Part shown: piece by piece, positions 8,885 through 16,325 of the stretch
How the letters are laid out: each line of letters starts with the position of its first letter
How positions within the stretch are numbered: the first letter of the stretch is position 1
IMG/VR virus record: IMGVR_UViG_2671181094_000007
Span: 1 to 22,205 of that record
DNA: 22,205 nt
From: a virus
Lineage: Duplodnaviria; Heunggongvirae; Uroviricota; Caudoviricetes
Reading direction: 5' to 3' (one strand)
Notes under the pieces: generated by a model
What the model saw: only the letters and a program-made list of their open reading frames with translations
What the model was told of the DNA's origin: nothing
Databases searched by the model: none
Position numbers and translations under genes: made by a program

Positions 8885-9673
8885 ATGGCTTCAAACTGGA
8901 TAAAGCTCGAAGTTATTACGCCGGATAAGCCGGAAATATTCAGGCTTGCTGAGATTCTGAATATTGATCCAGATGCCGCATTAGGGAAAGTCATTCGCTT
9001 CTGGGCATGGGCGGATCAACAAATGATAGACGGTAACGCAGAGTGTAACGCTCGAGGCGTTACAAAAAGTGCAATAGACCGTATCACTTTTATGGCTGGT
9101 TTTGCTGATGCGTTAATTCAGGTTGGATGGCTGGTCGAAAGTGATGGAGTGCTTTCACTACCAAACTTTGAGCGTCATAACGGAAAAAGCTCGAAAAAAC
9201 GGGCGGTTACAAACGAGAGAGTTACAAAAATACGCGAACTGAAGCGAAAAGGTAACGCTGCCAGCGTTACACAAACGGATCAAAAAGCGTTACCAGAGGA
9301 AGAGGAAGAGGAAGATATAAATACTGATCTCCCCCTAAATCCCCCTCGGCAAAAACGAGCGTCTAAACAATTCGAGCCGGAGGCCATTGCTCTGCCCGAC
9401 TGGTTGCCAGAAACACTCTGGAATGAGTGGGTCCAGTTCAGGCAGGCATTGCGAAAACCGATTCGAACGGAGCAGGGCGCTAACGGGGCGATACGGGAAC
9501 TGGAAAAATTCCGCCAGCAGGGTTTTACCCCTGAGCAGGTGATTCGACACAGCATCGCCAATGAATACCAGGGCTTGTTCGCGCCGAAAAGTGTTCGGCC
9601 TGAGACGTTGCTCCGACAGGTTAACACTGTCTCGTTTCCGGACAGTGCGATCCCGCCAGGCTTCAGGGGGTAA
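8885..9673 (+). CDS. ydaU: Replication protein, lambda O-position (YdaU-like), 262 aa
   Basis: MASNWIKLEVITPDKPEIFRLAEILNIDPDAALGKVIRFWAWADQQM... with an acidic EEEEEED linker between two domains; immediately upstream of the DnaC-like gene. Confidence 0.8.
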   Translation: MASNWIKLEVITPDKPEIFRLAEILNIDPDAALGKVIRFWAWADQQMIDGNAECNARGVTKSAIDRITFMAGFADALIQVGWLVESDGVLSLPNFERHNGKSSKKRAVTNERVTKIRELKRKGNAASVTQTDQKALPEEEEEEDINTDLPLNPPRQKRASKQFEPEAIALPDWLPETLWNEWVQFRQALRKPIRTEQGANGAIRELEKFRQQGFTPEQVIRHSIANEYQGLFAPKSVRPETLLRQVNTVSFPDSAIPPGFRG

Positions 9674-9679
9674 CTGACC

Positions 9680-10426
9680 ATGAAAAATATTGCGACAGGC
9701 GGCGTTCTGGAACGTATCCGCAGACTGGCCCCGCCACATGTAACCGCGCCATTCAGGACGGTGGCGGAGTGGCGCGAGTGGCAACTTGCAGAAGGCCAGA
9801 AACGTTGCGAGGAGATCAATCGCCAGAATCGTCAGTTGCGGGTGGAAAAAATTCTGAATCGCTCCGGCATCCAGCCGTTGCACCGCAAATGCTCGTTTTC
9901 GAATTACCAGGTGCAGAACGACGGCCAGCGATACGCGTTGAGCCAGGCGAAATCCATCGCCGATGAACTGATGGTCGGGTGTACAAATTTTGCGTTTAGC
10001 GGAAAACCTGGTACCGGAAAAAACCATCTGGCGGCGGCTATCGGGAATCGCCTGCTGAAAAACGGTCAGACAGTGATTGTGGTTACCGTGGCTGATGTTA
10101 TGAGTGCTCTACACGCCAGCTATGACGACGGGCAATCAGGCGAAAAATTTTTGCGGGAACTGTGCGAAGTGGATCTGCTGGTTCTTGATGAAATTGGCAT
10201 TCAGCGCGAGACAAAAAACGAGCAGGTGGTACTGCACCAGATTGTTGATCGCCGGACAGCGTCGATCCGCAGCGTGGGGATGCTGACAAACCTGAACTAT
10301 GAGGCCATGAAAACATTGCTCGGCGAGAGGATTATGGATCGGATGACCATGAACGGCGGGCGATGGGTGAATTTTAACTGGGAGAGCTGGCGCCCGAATG
10401 TTGGTCAGCCAGGAATTGAGAAGTAA
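9680..10426 (+). CDS. ydaV: DnaC-like replicative helicase loader ATPase (YdaV-like), 248 aa
   Basis: Walker A GKPGTGKNHLAAAIG and Walker B DLLVLDEIG motifs; follows the O-like gene by 6 nt. Confidence 0.85.
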   Translation: MKNIATGGVLERIRRLAPPHVTAPFRTVAEWREWQLAEGQKRCEEINRQNRQLRVEKILNRSGIQPLHRKCSFSNYQVQNDGQRYALSQAKSIADELMVGCTNFAFSGKPGTGKNHLAAAIGNRLLKNGQTVIVVTVADVMSALHASYDDGQSGEKFLRELCEVDLLVLDEIGIQRETKNEQVVLHQIVDRRTASIRSVGMLTNLNYEAMKTLLGERIMDRMTMNGGRWVNFNWESWRPNVGQPGIEK

Positions 10427-10448
10427 TTTTTACCGGGAGGAAATTTTA

Positions 10449-11174
10449 ATGGAGACCGTTTTTGACGCACTGAAAGCAATGGGAAAAGCCTCTTCCCAGG
10501 AAGTGGCAGCACGTCTGGGAATGACCCGGGATGAGGCGATTAACGAGCTGTGGAAACTGAAGCGTCGTGGGGAAGCTGATAACAAGGGCCCGATGTGGTG
10601 GTTGACTCAAACCGACGAAAACGCATCTGTAGCACAGGCTTCTAAAGTGACAGCGCAAATGCTGATCGAGGCGATTGAACAGCATGGCCCTAAAGCGGCT
10701 GATGAACTTGCACTGATATTCAGAATTACTTCCCGCAGGGTGAACTCATCGCTGGCTATGGCCATCAGCAAAGGTCGTCTGATTCGCGTAAATCAGAACG
10801 GTAAATTTCGTTACTGCCTGCCGGACGGTAATTTACCAGCAGAGCCGAAAGTTGTATCGGTAGTGAAAACACCTGGTAAAGGCTTTCCTCAGCCAGCCGG
10901 TGTTGCGTTACCAGTACAGGAAGCGGCAACACAGGAAGAAATTAAAACAGATACTGTGGGGGACATTGTGCAGTCACTACCATCGTTCACTGAAACGCGA
11001 GCCAATGACCTGATTATACCATCGCTGCAAATGGCAAACCGCGAACTGCGCCGGGCGAAAAGTTATGTCCAGAAGTGGGAGCGAGTCTGCGCCGCGCTGC
11101 GTGAGCTGAACAAGCACCAGGATATTGTCCGTCAGATTGTCGATTCCTCCAGTCGTATTGTGTCGGAAAAGTGA
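10449..11174 (+). CDS. Hypothetical protein (YdaW-position), 241 aa
   Basis: ORF from METVFDALKAMGKASSQEVAARLGMTRDEAINELWKLKRRGEA... with GGGAGG SD 9 nt upstream; N-terminus resembles a winged-helix/MarR-like fold (inference). The track ORF starts 17 codons earlier inside ydaV. Confidence 0.6.
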   Translation: METVFDALKAMGKASSQEVAARLGMTRDEAINELWKLKRRGEADNKGPMWWLTQTDENASVAQASKVTAQMLIEAIEQHGPKAADELALIFRITSRRVNSSLAMAISKGRLIRVNQNGKFRYCLPDGNLPAEPKVVSVVKTPGKGFPQPAGVALPVQEAATQEEIKTDTVGDIVQSLPSFTETRANDLIIPSLQMANRELRRAKSYVQKWERVCAALRELNKHQDIVRQIVDSSSRIVSEK

Positions 11175-11190
11175 TTCCTGGGGAGGGCTT

Positions 11191-11613
11191 ATGGCAAAAG
11201 TATTTACACAGGAAGAGCGAGAAAAAATTAAAGGGCAGATTGTTGATCTTGTACGCCAGAGCGGGCGAGAGACGTTACGACAACTGGAAGCTAAAACGGG
11301 GGCGACAAGATATCTGATGAGCGTTCTGGCCAGAGAGCTGGTTGCCAGTGGCGATGTATACAATTCTGGCTACGGGTTATTCCCGTCTGAACAGGCTCGT
11401 AAAGACTGGCAAAATGCCCGCAAAAAATTATCGAGGGCAAAGCTGAAGAAACCGGTTGTGGTTGATCCGGACCTTATCTGGTCGTTACCTGACGGAGAAA
11501 TACGTCGCTACGACAGTCGCCTAAACATAATCTGTCGCGAGTGCCGGAAGAGTGAAGCTATGCAGCGTGTACTGGCTTTCTATCAGGGTAATTTTCAGGA
11601 GGCGGTACTGTGA
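11191..11613 (+). CDS. Hypothetical protein, 140 aa
   Basis: ATG at 11191 preceded by GGGGAGGG; MAKVFTQEEREKIKGQIVDLVRQSGRETLRQLEAKTGATRYLMSVLAREL...; no family recognised. Confidence 0.55.
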   Translation: MAKVFTQEEREKIKGQIVDLVRQSGRETLRQLEAKTGATRYLMSVLARELVASGDVYNSGYGLFPSEQARKDWQNARKKLSRAKLKKPVVVDPDLIWSLPDGEIRRYDSRLNIICRECRKSEAMQRVLAFYQGNFQEAVL

Positions 11614-11670
11614 GTGAAATTAGCTATCAGGCTTCAATTACCGCTGGCATTCGCATCAAAGGAGAGGAGC

Positions 11671-12027
11671 ATGGAAATAAAACCAGAGGATGAGTTAAGC
11701 AATATCGTTTTATTTCCGGTAAAAGAGGATGACCCTCGTAATCAGGTTAATTTTCTTTATGAGCCATCGGAAAGACCATATTGTTATCACGCCTCTGTCC
11801 GGGTTGACGAAAAAGAGCGTCAGGTCCGCTGTAAAATCTGCGGTGCAGTTGTGGAGCCATTTGACTGGATGCTCTCTGTGGCGAAAAGAGAAACCAGACT
11901 GGCAGATGATGTAAGGCTCTTGCGTCAGGAGGAGCGGGAAAGGCGAAAAAATATAGAAAAGCTAATTCAGATTGAGCGTAACGCGAAAGCGCGGATACGC
12001 AGGGCGACAAAATCCAGAACTGAATAA
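11671..12027 (+). CDS. Hypothetical protein, 118 aa, Cys/His cluster plus basic coiled-coil tail
   Basis: ATG at 11671 preceded by AAGGAGAGG; MEIKPEDELSNIVLFPV...YCYHASVRVDEKERQVRCKICGAVVEPFDW... then an Arg/Glu-rich C-terminus. A start at the GTG at 11614 cannot be excluded. Confidence 0.5.
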   Translation: MEIKPEDELSNIVLFPVKEDDPRNQVNFLYEPSERPYCYHASVRVDEKERQVRCKICGAVVEPFDWMLSVAKRETRLADDVRLLRQEERERRKNIEKLIQIERNAKARIRRATKSRTE

Positions 12028-12120
12028 TTAAATTTAGCTCTGTTAAAAATTTAATCCTTAACCGGAGGGATTTCTGCACCCTCAGAACATCAGGAGGCCG
12101 CCCGAAAGGGCGGTAGTTAA

Positions 12121-12303
12121 ATGCGAAAGTTTAAAATAATTATTGAAACGGGAATAGCCGGTGGAGATTTCGAGGATGAATTCGAAGTGGATGATGATGC
12201 GACGCCTGATGAAATACATGACGAAGCAAAAGATATTTTCTTTAACTACTGCAATTACTCATATCACGAAATAAAAGACGAAGAGGAAGAACAAAATGGC
12301 TGA
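12121..12303 (+). CDS. Hyper-acidic small protein, 60 aa
   Basis: MRKFKIIIETGIAGGDFEDEFEVDDDATPDEIHDEAKDIFFNYCNYSYHEIKDEEEEQNG: about 20 Asp/Glu against 5 Lys/Arg. A GC hairpin (12097-12114) sits between an AGGAGG and the ATG. Confidence 0.45.
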   Translation: MRKFKIIIETGIAGGDFEDEFEVDDDATPDEIHDEAKDIFFNYCNYSYHEIKDEEEEQNG

Positions 12304-12472
12304 TTTTGGTTCAACTAAATACAACGTCAGTTTTGAAGAATGGCATGAACTGTTAATGGACTATGCAGAGTTACGTGGTGGCAGTGCTGCTGATGCTGAA
12401 GCATGGCGTGATGATTATGAAGCAGGAAAAACTCCGGTCGAAGCATATTGTGATGAGTGGGGCGATGAATGA
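12296..12472 (+). CDS. Hyper-acidic small protein, 58 aa (absent from the ORF track)
   Basis: Hand translation from the ATG at 12296: MADFGSTKYNVSFEEWHELLMDYAELRGGSAADAEAWRDDYEAGKTPVEAYCDEWGDE then stop. Start overlaps the upstream stop (ATGGCTGA) and its stop overlaps the next ATG (ATGA), suggesting a coupled chain. Confidence 0.45.
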   Translation: MADFGSTKYNVSFEEWHELLMDYAELRGGSAADAEAWRDDYEAGKTPVEAYCDEWGDE

Positions 12473-12785
12473 GCGAGGTTAATTATCAGGAAGGGCATGA
12501 AACGGCGGGGCAAGCAAAAACAGTGGCATGGCGATATCGCTACGTGAAAAAAAAGGCGTTACGGACTTTCAGGGGAAGTAGTGGTCTGGTGACTGGAAAT
12601 ATGTACCGAAAAAAGAGGATTGTAACGACAGGCCGAACTATGAAATTCAGGCCTTATTCACTGCCCCGCCAGTCCCGGTTACATCAGAAGAACTGGTTAA
12701 AGCTGTGCACTTTTATGAACAACTAAAACGCGAAAATCCACCAGCATCCGGAAACCTGATTACAGATTCCCAGATAAGGCAATGA
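12469..12785 (+). pseudogene. Interrupted ORF: frame-1 start (12469) and protein-like frame-0 continuation (to 12785) meet at an A_AAA_AAG heptamer; either a programmed -1 frameshift gene or a 1-nt indel pseudogene
   Basis: Frame-1 ORF MSEVNYQEGHETAGQAKTVAWRYRYVKKK... turns basic and low-complexity after about codon 48. The -1 frame from 12609 reads EDCNDRPNYEIQALFTAPPVPVTSEELVKAVHFYEQLKRENPPASGNLITDSQIRQ and contains no ATG. The frames meet at A AAA AAG (12609-12615). Confidence 0.3.
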
Positions 12786-12955
12786 GCTACCTGGCGCAGA
12801 ACGGGCTGATAAGTATGGGGAATGTTTTACGATGAATATTTAGACTAAAGAGTTTGTAACGCTATGTAAGTGATTTTTTCTGGTTTAGATATTTATATGT
12901 CCGGCCAAATTGAGGTGTGTTTAAATGTAATTGCACATTGATTGTAGGAGGAATA

Positions 12956-13135
12956 ATGAAAAACGCATTGCAGTTTTTGTTTGTTGCGTTCTGGTTGTTC
13001 GTATCATGTATGCCCATCATCTTCACAGCAAGGTATATGGAAAAAGTTGATGTTTTGATATTAATATTTGGATATATAAATGCCCTTTTTTTAGGGGTGT
13101 TCATGGCGGTCATGTGCATTGAATACTGGCGGTAA
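12956..13135 (+). CDS. Small hydrophobic membrane protein, 59 aa, two predicted TM helices
   Basis: GGAGG 6 nt before the ATG at 12956; MKNALQFLFVAFWLFVSCMPIIFTARYMEKVDVLILIFGYINALFLGVFMAVMCIEYWR; AT-rich codon usage. Confidence 0.45.
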   Translation: MKNALQFLFVAFWLFVSCMPIIFTARYMEKVDVLILIFGYINALFLGVFMAVMCIEYWR

Positions 13136-13393
13136 ATACAGCGAACGCCATTGGTTTAGTTGGATATTTACTGTGCCGGACAAAAACGGTTTGCGGGGAA
13201 ATCTTAGTTAAGTAGAATGACTGCGGGTGCTTGAGGCTATCTGTCTCAGGCATGAACACCAAAAGGCAGATAGAGAAAAGCCCCAGTTAACATTACGCGT
13301 CCTGCAAGACGCTTAACATTAATCTGAGGCCATATCTATGCGACACATAGAGATTAGCCTCTTACGGACCGAAAGGTCAAGGAGAAGCAGGCT

Positions 13394-13549
13394 ATGAAGC
13401 AGCAAAAGGCGATGTTAATCGCCCTGATCGTCATCTGTTTAACCGTCATAGTGACGGCACTGGTAACGAGGAAAGACCTCTGCGAGGTACGAATCCGAAC
13501 CGGCCAGACGGAGGTCGCTGTCTTCACAGCTTACGAACCTGAGGAGTAA
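13394..13549 (+). CDS. hokD: Hok-family type I toxin (HokD/RelF-like), 51 aa
   Basis: MKQQKAMLIALIVICLTVIVTALVTRKDLCEVRIRTGQTEVAVFTAYEPEE: single TM helix and conserved Hok C-terminus. A 19-codon upstream ORF (MRHIEISLLRTERSRRSRL) ends overlapping the hok ATG, mok-like. Confidence 0.85.
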   Translation: MKQQKAMLIALIVICLTVIVTALVTRKDLCEVRIRTGQTEVAVFTAYEPEE

Positions 13550-13619
13550 GAGACCTGGCGGGGGAGAAATCCCTCGCCACCTCTGATGTGTCAGGCATCC
13601 TCAACGCACCCGCACTTAA

Positions 13620-13644
13620 CCCGCTTCGGCGGGTTTTGTTTTTT
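13620..13644 (+). terminator. Rho-independent terminator downstream of hok
   Basis: CCCGC-TTCG-GCGGG stem-loop followed by TTTTGTTTTTT. Confidence 0.6.
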
Positions 13645-13716
13645 CCTGGCATTCTGGTTTACAATTCGCACGTCAGCCTGAACACCTGACACCTGCTGCG
13701 CCAGCAGAGAAAACAG

Positions 13717-13989
13717 ATGGCGCACAAAACCAAATTTCACAATTCTGATACCGACCTTGCCATCCGGCATGAGCGGCGTTCACACGCATTTAAAACCGAC
13801 TGGTACCAACACCCACCATGTACTGAAGAACAGGCCGAATGGCTGATTCATTCTTACCGCAGGCGCGGGTTCGAGGTTAAGAAAGCTCTCAGTCTCGACT
13901 ATCGGCACTGGATAATCTCTGTCAGGCTGCCTTATTCCGAACGCCCACCACGTCCGTCCCGCACTTTCCAGCAACGGATCTGGAGGTAA
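13717..13989 (+). CDS. rem: Rem-like small protein, 90 aa
   Basis: MAHKTKFHNSDTDLAIRHERRSHAFKTDWYQHPPCTEEQAEWLIHSYRRRGFEVKKALSLDYRHWIISVRLPY...; immediately upstream of the ydfU-like gene, matching the rem-ydfU order of E. coli Qin prophage (recalled). Confidence 0.6.
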   Translation: MAHKTKFHNSDTDLAIRHERRSHAFKTDWYQHPPCTEEQAEWLIHSYRRRGFEVKKALSLDYRHWIISVRLPYSERPPRPSRTFQQRIWR

Positions 13990-13990
13990 C

Positions 13991-15040
13991 GTGCGGGTAT
14001 TACTTAGACCTGTTCTGGTGCCTGAGCTTGGGCTGGTGGTCCTTAAGCCGGGCCGTGAATCCATACAGATATTTCATAATCCTCGAGTGCTGGTGGAGCC
14101 GGAACCGAAAAGCATGCGTAATCTGCCGTCCGGGGTTGTTCCTGCCGTTCGCCAGCCGCTAGTGGAAGACAAAACATTGCTGCCGTTTTTCAGTAACGCA
14201 CGGGTGATTCGTGCTGCTGGTGGTGCTGGTGCATTGTCTGACTGGCTGTTGCGCCATATTAAATCCTGCCAGTGGCCACACGGCGATTATCATCACAGCG
14301 AAACCGTCATTCACCGTTATGGTACCGGCGCAATGGTGTTGTGCTGGCACTGCGACAACCAGCTGCGTGACCAGACATCCGAATCACTCGGGCAACTTGC
14401 TCATCAAAACCTGTCAGCATGGATGATTGACGTCATCGGTCACGCAATAAGCGGTACGCAGGAGCGTGAATTATCTTTGGCTGAATTATCCTGGTGGGCG
14501 GTCCGCAATCAGGTGGCGGACGCGCTACCGGAAGCGGTATTACGTCGTTCGCTGGGGTTGCGTGCAGAAAAAATCCGCTCAATGTACCGTGAAAGCGACA
14601 TCGTACCGGGAGAGCAGACCGCCACCAGCATACTGAAACAGCGCACAAAAAATCTTGCGCCGCTGCCTCACGCCCACCAGCAACAGAACCCACCACAGGA
14701 AAAGACGGTGGTCAGCATTGCCGTTGATCCTGAGTCTCCGGAATCTTTCATGAAACGACCTAAACGTCGCCGCTGGGTTAACGAGAAATACACACGCTGG
14801 GTGAAGACACAGCCGTGTGCGTGTTGTAGTAAGCCAGCCGACGATCCCCATCACCTGATTGGTCATGGTCAGGGCGGAATGGGAACAAAATCCCACGATA
14901 TTTTCACGCTACCGCTGTGTCGGGAGCATCACAACGAGCTTCATGCGGATCCGCTGGCGTTCGAAGAAAAGCATGGTTCTCAGGTTGATTTAATTTTTCG
15001 TTTTCTTGATCACGCCTTTGCAACCGGCGTGCTTGGGTAA
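13991..15040 (+). CDS. ydfU: DUF968-family protein (YdfU-like), 349 aa, GTG start
   Basis: GTG start 4 nt after GGAGG; 349 aa, matching recalled YdfU length; C-terminal Cys/His cluster CACCSKPADDPHHLIGHGQGGMGTKSHDIFTLPLCREHHNELH resembling an HNH/zinc-binding motif. Confidence 0.75.
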   Translation: MRVLLRPVLVPELGLVVLKPGRESIQIFHNPRVLVEPEPKSMRNLPSGVVPAVRQPLVEDKTLLPFFSNARVIRAAGGAGALSDWLLRHIKSCQWPHGDYHHSETVIHRYGTGAMVLCWHCDNQLRDQTSESLGQLAHQNLSAWMIDVIGHAISGTQERELSLAELSWWAVRNQVADALPEAVLRRSLGLRAEKIRSMYRESDIVPGEQTATSILKQRTKNLAPLPHAHQQQNPPQEKTVVSIAVDPESPESFMKRPKRRRWVNEKYTRWVKTQPCACCSKPADDPHHLIGHGQGGMGTKSHDIFTLPLCREHHNELHADPLAFEEKHGSQVDLIFRFLDHAFATGVLG

Positions 15041-15052
15041 AAGGGGTTACTG

Positions 15053-15427
15053 ATGCGTATAGAGTTTGTTTTGCCTTACCCGCCGACGGTGAACACCTAC
15101 TGGCGACGTCGTGGCAGCACATATTTTGTATCAAAAGCCGGTGAGCGTTATCGCCGTGATGTGGCGCTTATTGTTCGCCAGCAGCGACTGAAATTAAATC
15201 TGTTCGGAAGGCTGGCGATCAGGATTATTGTGGAGCCACCGGATAAGCGTCGTCGCGACCTGGACAATATCCTGAAAGCACCGCTGGATGCGCTGACGCA
15301 TGCGGGAGTGTTAATGGACGATGAGCAGTTTGATGAAATCAATATCGTTCGTGGTCAGCCAGTATCTGGAGGACGTCTGGGGGTGAAGATTTACCCCATA
15401 ATGCATGAAGAGCAGGTCAAAAAATGA
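15053..15427 (+). CDS. rusA: RusA-family Holliday junction resolvase, 124 aa
   Basis: MRIEFVLPYPPTVNTYWRRRG...RRRDLDNILKAPLDALTHAGVLMDDEQ: conserved RusA catalytic Asp-rich motif and N-terminal PxxNxYW signature. Confidence 0.8.
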   Translation: MRIEFVLPYPPTVNTYWRRRGSTYFVSKAGERYRRDVALIVRQQRLKLNLFGRLAIRIIVEPPDKRRRDLDNILKAPLDALTHAGVLMDDEQFDEINIVRGQPVSGGRLGVKIYPIMHEEQVKK

Positions 15428-16245
15428 AACTGGAAGATTTACCGAAATACTACTCCCCAAAATCCCCTTGCCTGACCGATGCATCGGCCTCAACGTCAAA
15501 AGATGCGCTGAGTATCACTGATGTGATGGCCGCGCAGGGCATGACACAGAATCGGGCTGAGATGGGGTTTTCTGCGTTCCTGGGGAAAATGGGCATCAGT
15601 ATGAATGACAGGGCGCGGGCAACAGAATTACTGGCAGATTATGCACTCAGTCGGTGCGATCGTGTGGCGGCGTTGAGAAAACTTCCGGCAGAAATAAAAC
15701 CGGTAGTGATGCGCATTATGGCTACGTATGCGTTTGAAGATTATGCCCGCAGTGCAGCGAGTAAAAAGCAGTGTCCTTGTTGCCGTGGGGAAAAATTTAT
15801 TGAAAGCGAAGTTTTTACAAACAAGGTTCAGTATCCGGATGGTAAGCCGCCAGTATGGGCAAAGTGCACAAAAGGCGTGTATCCGTCTTATTGGGAAGAA
15901 TGGAAAAAAATCCGGGAGGTGGTGAAAGTTTCCTGTCCTGAATGTAAAGGGAAGGGAGAGATTTCCACTGCCTGTAAAGACTGCCGTGGGCGTGGTGTTG
16001 CCATTCATCGTGAAGAGTCAGAAAAACGGGGTATGCCTGTTATCAGGGACTGCCGGCGTTGTGGCGGTCGTGGCTATGAAAGACTGCCATCAACGGAGGC
16101 ATTTAATGCCATACGCAAAGTGACGAGTGCTATCACGCTTGATACGTGGAAAAAATCAGTGAAACGCTTTTACGATACGTTGGTGGTTCGGTTTGACATT
16201 GAAGAGGCATGGGCGGAGCGGCAGTTAAAGAGGGTAACGCGATAG
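15424..16245 (+). CDS. Late-gene antiterminator Q (phage 82 / QuuQ-type), 273 aa
   Basis: Cys-rich zinc-binding region (CPCCRGEKF...CPECKGKG...CKDCRGRG...CRRCGGRG); position directly after rusA and before a promoter plus terminator and the lysis genes; start overlaps the rusA stop (ATGA). Confidence 0.75.
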   Translation: MKLEDLPKYYSPKSPCLTDASASTSKDALSITDVMAAQGMTQNRAEMGFSAFLGKMGISMNDRARATELLADYALSRCDRVAALRKLPAEIKPVVMRIMATYAFEDYARSAASKKQCPCCRGEKFIESEVFTNKVQYPDGKPPVWAKCTKGVYPSYWEEWKKIREVVKVSCPECKGKGEISTACKDCRGRGVAIHREESEKRGMPVIRDCRRCGGRGYERLPSTEAFNAIRKVTSAITLDTWKKSVKRFYDTLVVRFDIEEAWAERQLKRVTR

Positions 16246-16250
16246 TATCG

Positions 16251-16278
16251 TTGATTTTTCCCGAATCTGTGTTAAATT
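16251..16278 (+). promoter_or_regulatory. Candidate late promoter (PR'-like) just downstream of Q
   Basis: TTGATT (16251-16256), 15-16 bp spacer, TTAAAT/TAAATT (16272-16278); called from position and sequence only. Confidence 0.3.
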
Positions 16279-16325
16279 CGCCCTAATGATGGGCGTTTTA
16301 TGCCTGACGTTAGAGGAATTTTTAC

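Noticed and set aside
9280-10027. Minus-strand ORFs of 179 and 230 aa overlapping ydaU/ydaV
   Set aside because: Antisense to the O-like and DnaC-like genes, which carry clear motifs; no SD, Arg/Ser-rich composition.
12582-12785. Frame-0 protein-like segment as a stand-alone gene
   Set aside because: No ATG, GTG or TTG start in frame after the upstream TAG (12579-12581); it is only plausible as a frameshift continuation or pseudogene remnant, reported as such.
14159-15134. Several minus- and plus-strand ORFs within ydfU
   Set aside because: Overlap the 349-aa DUF968 ORF in other frames; typical shadow ORFs of a GC-rich coding region.
15628-16008. Minus-strand 126-aa ORF inside the Q gene
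   Set aside because: Antisense to the Q antiterminator ORF, which has a clear zinc-binding motif.
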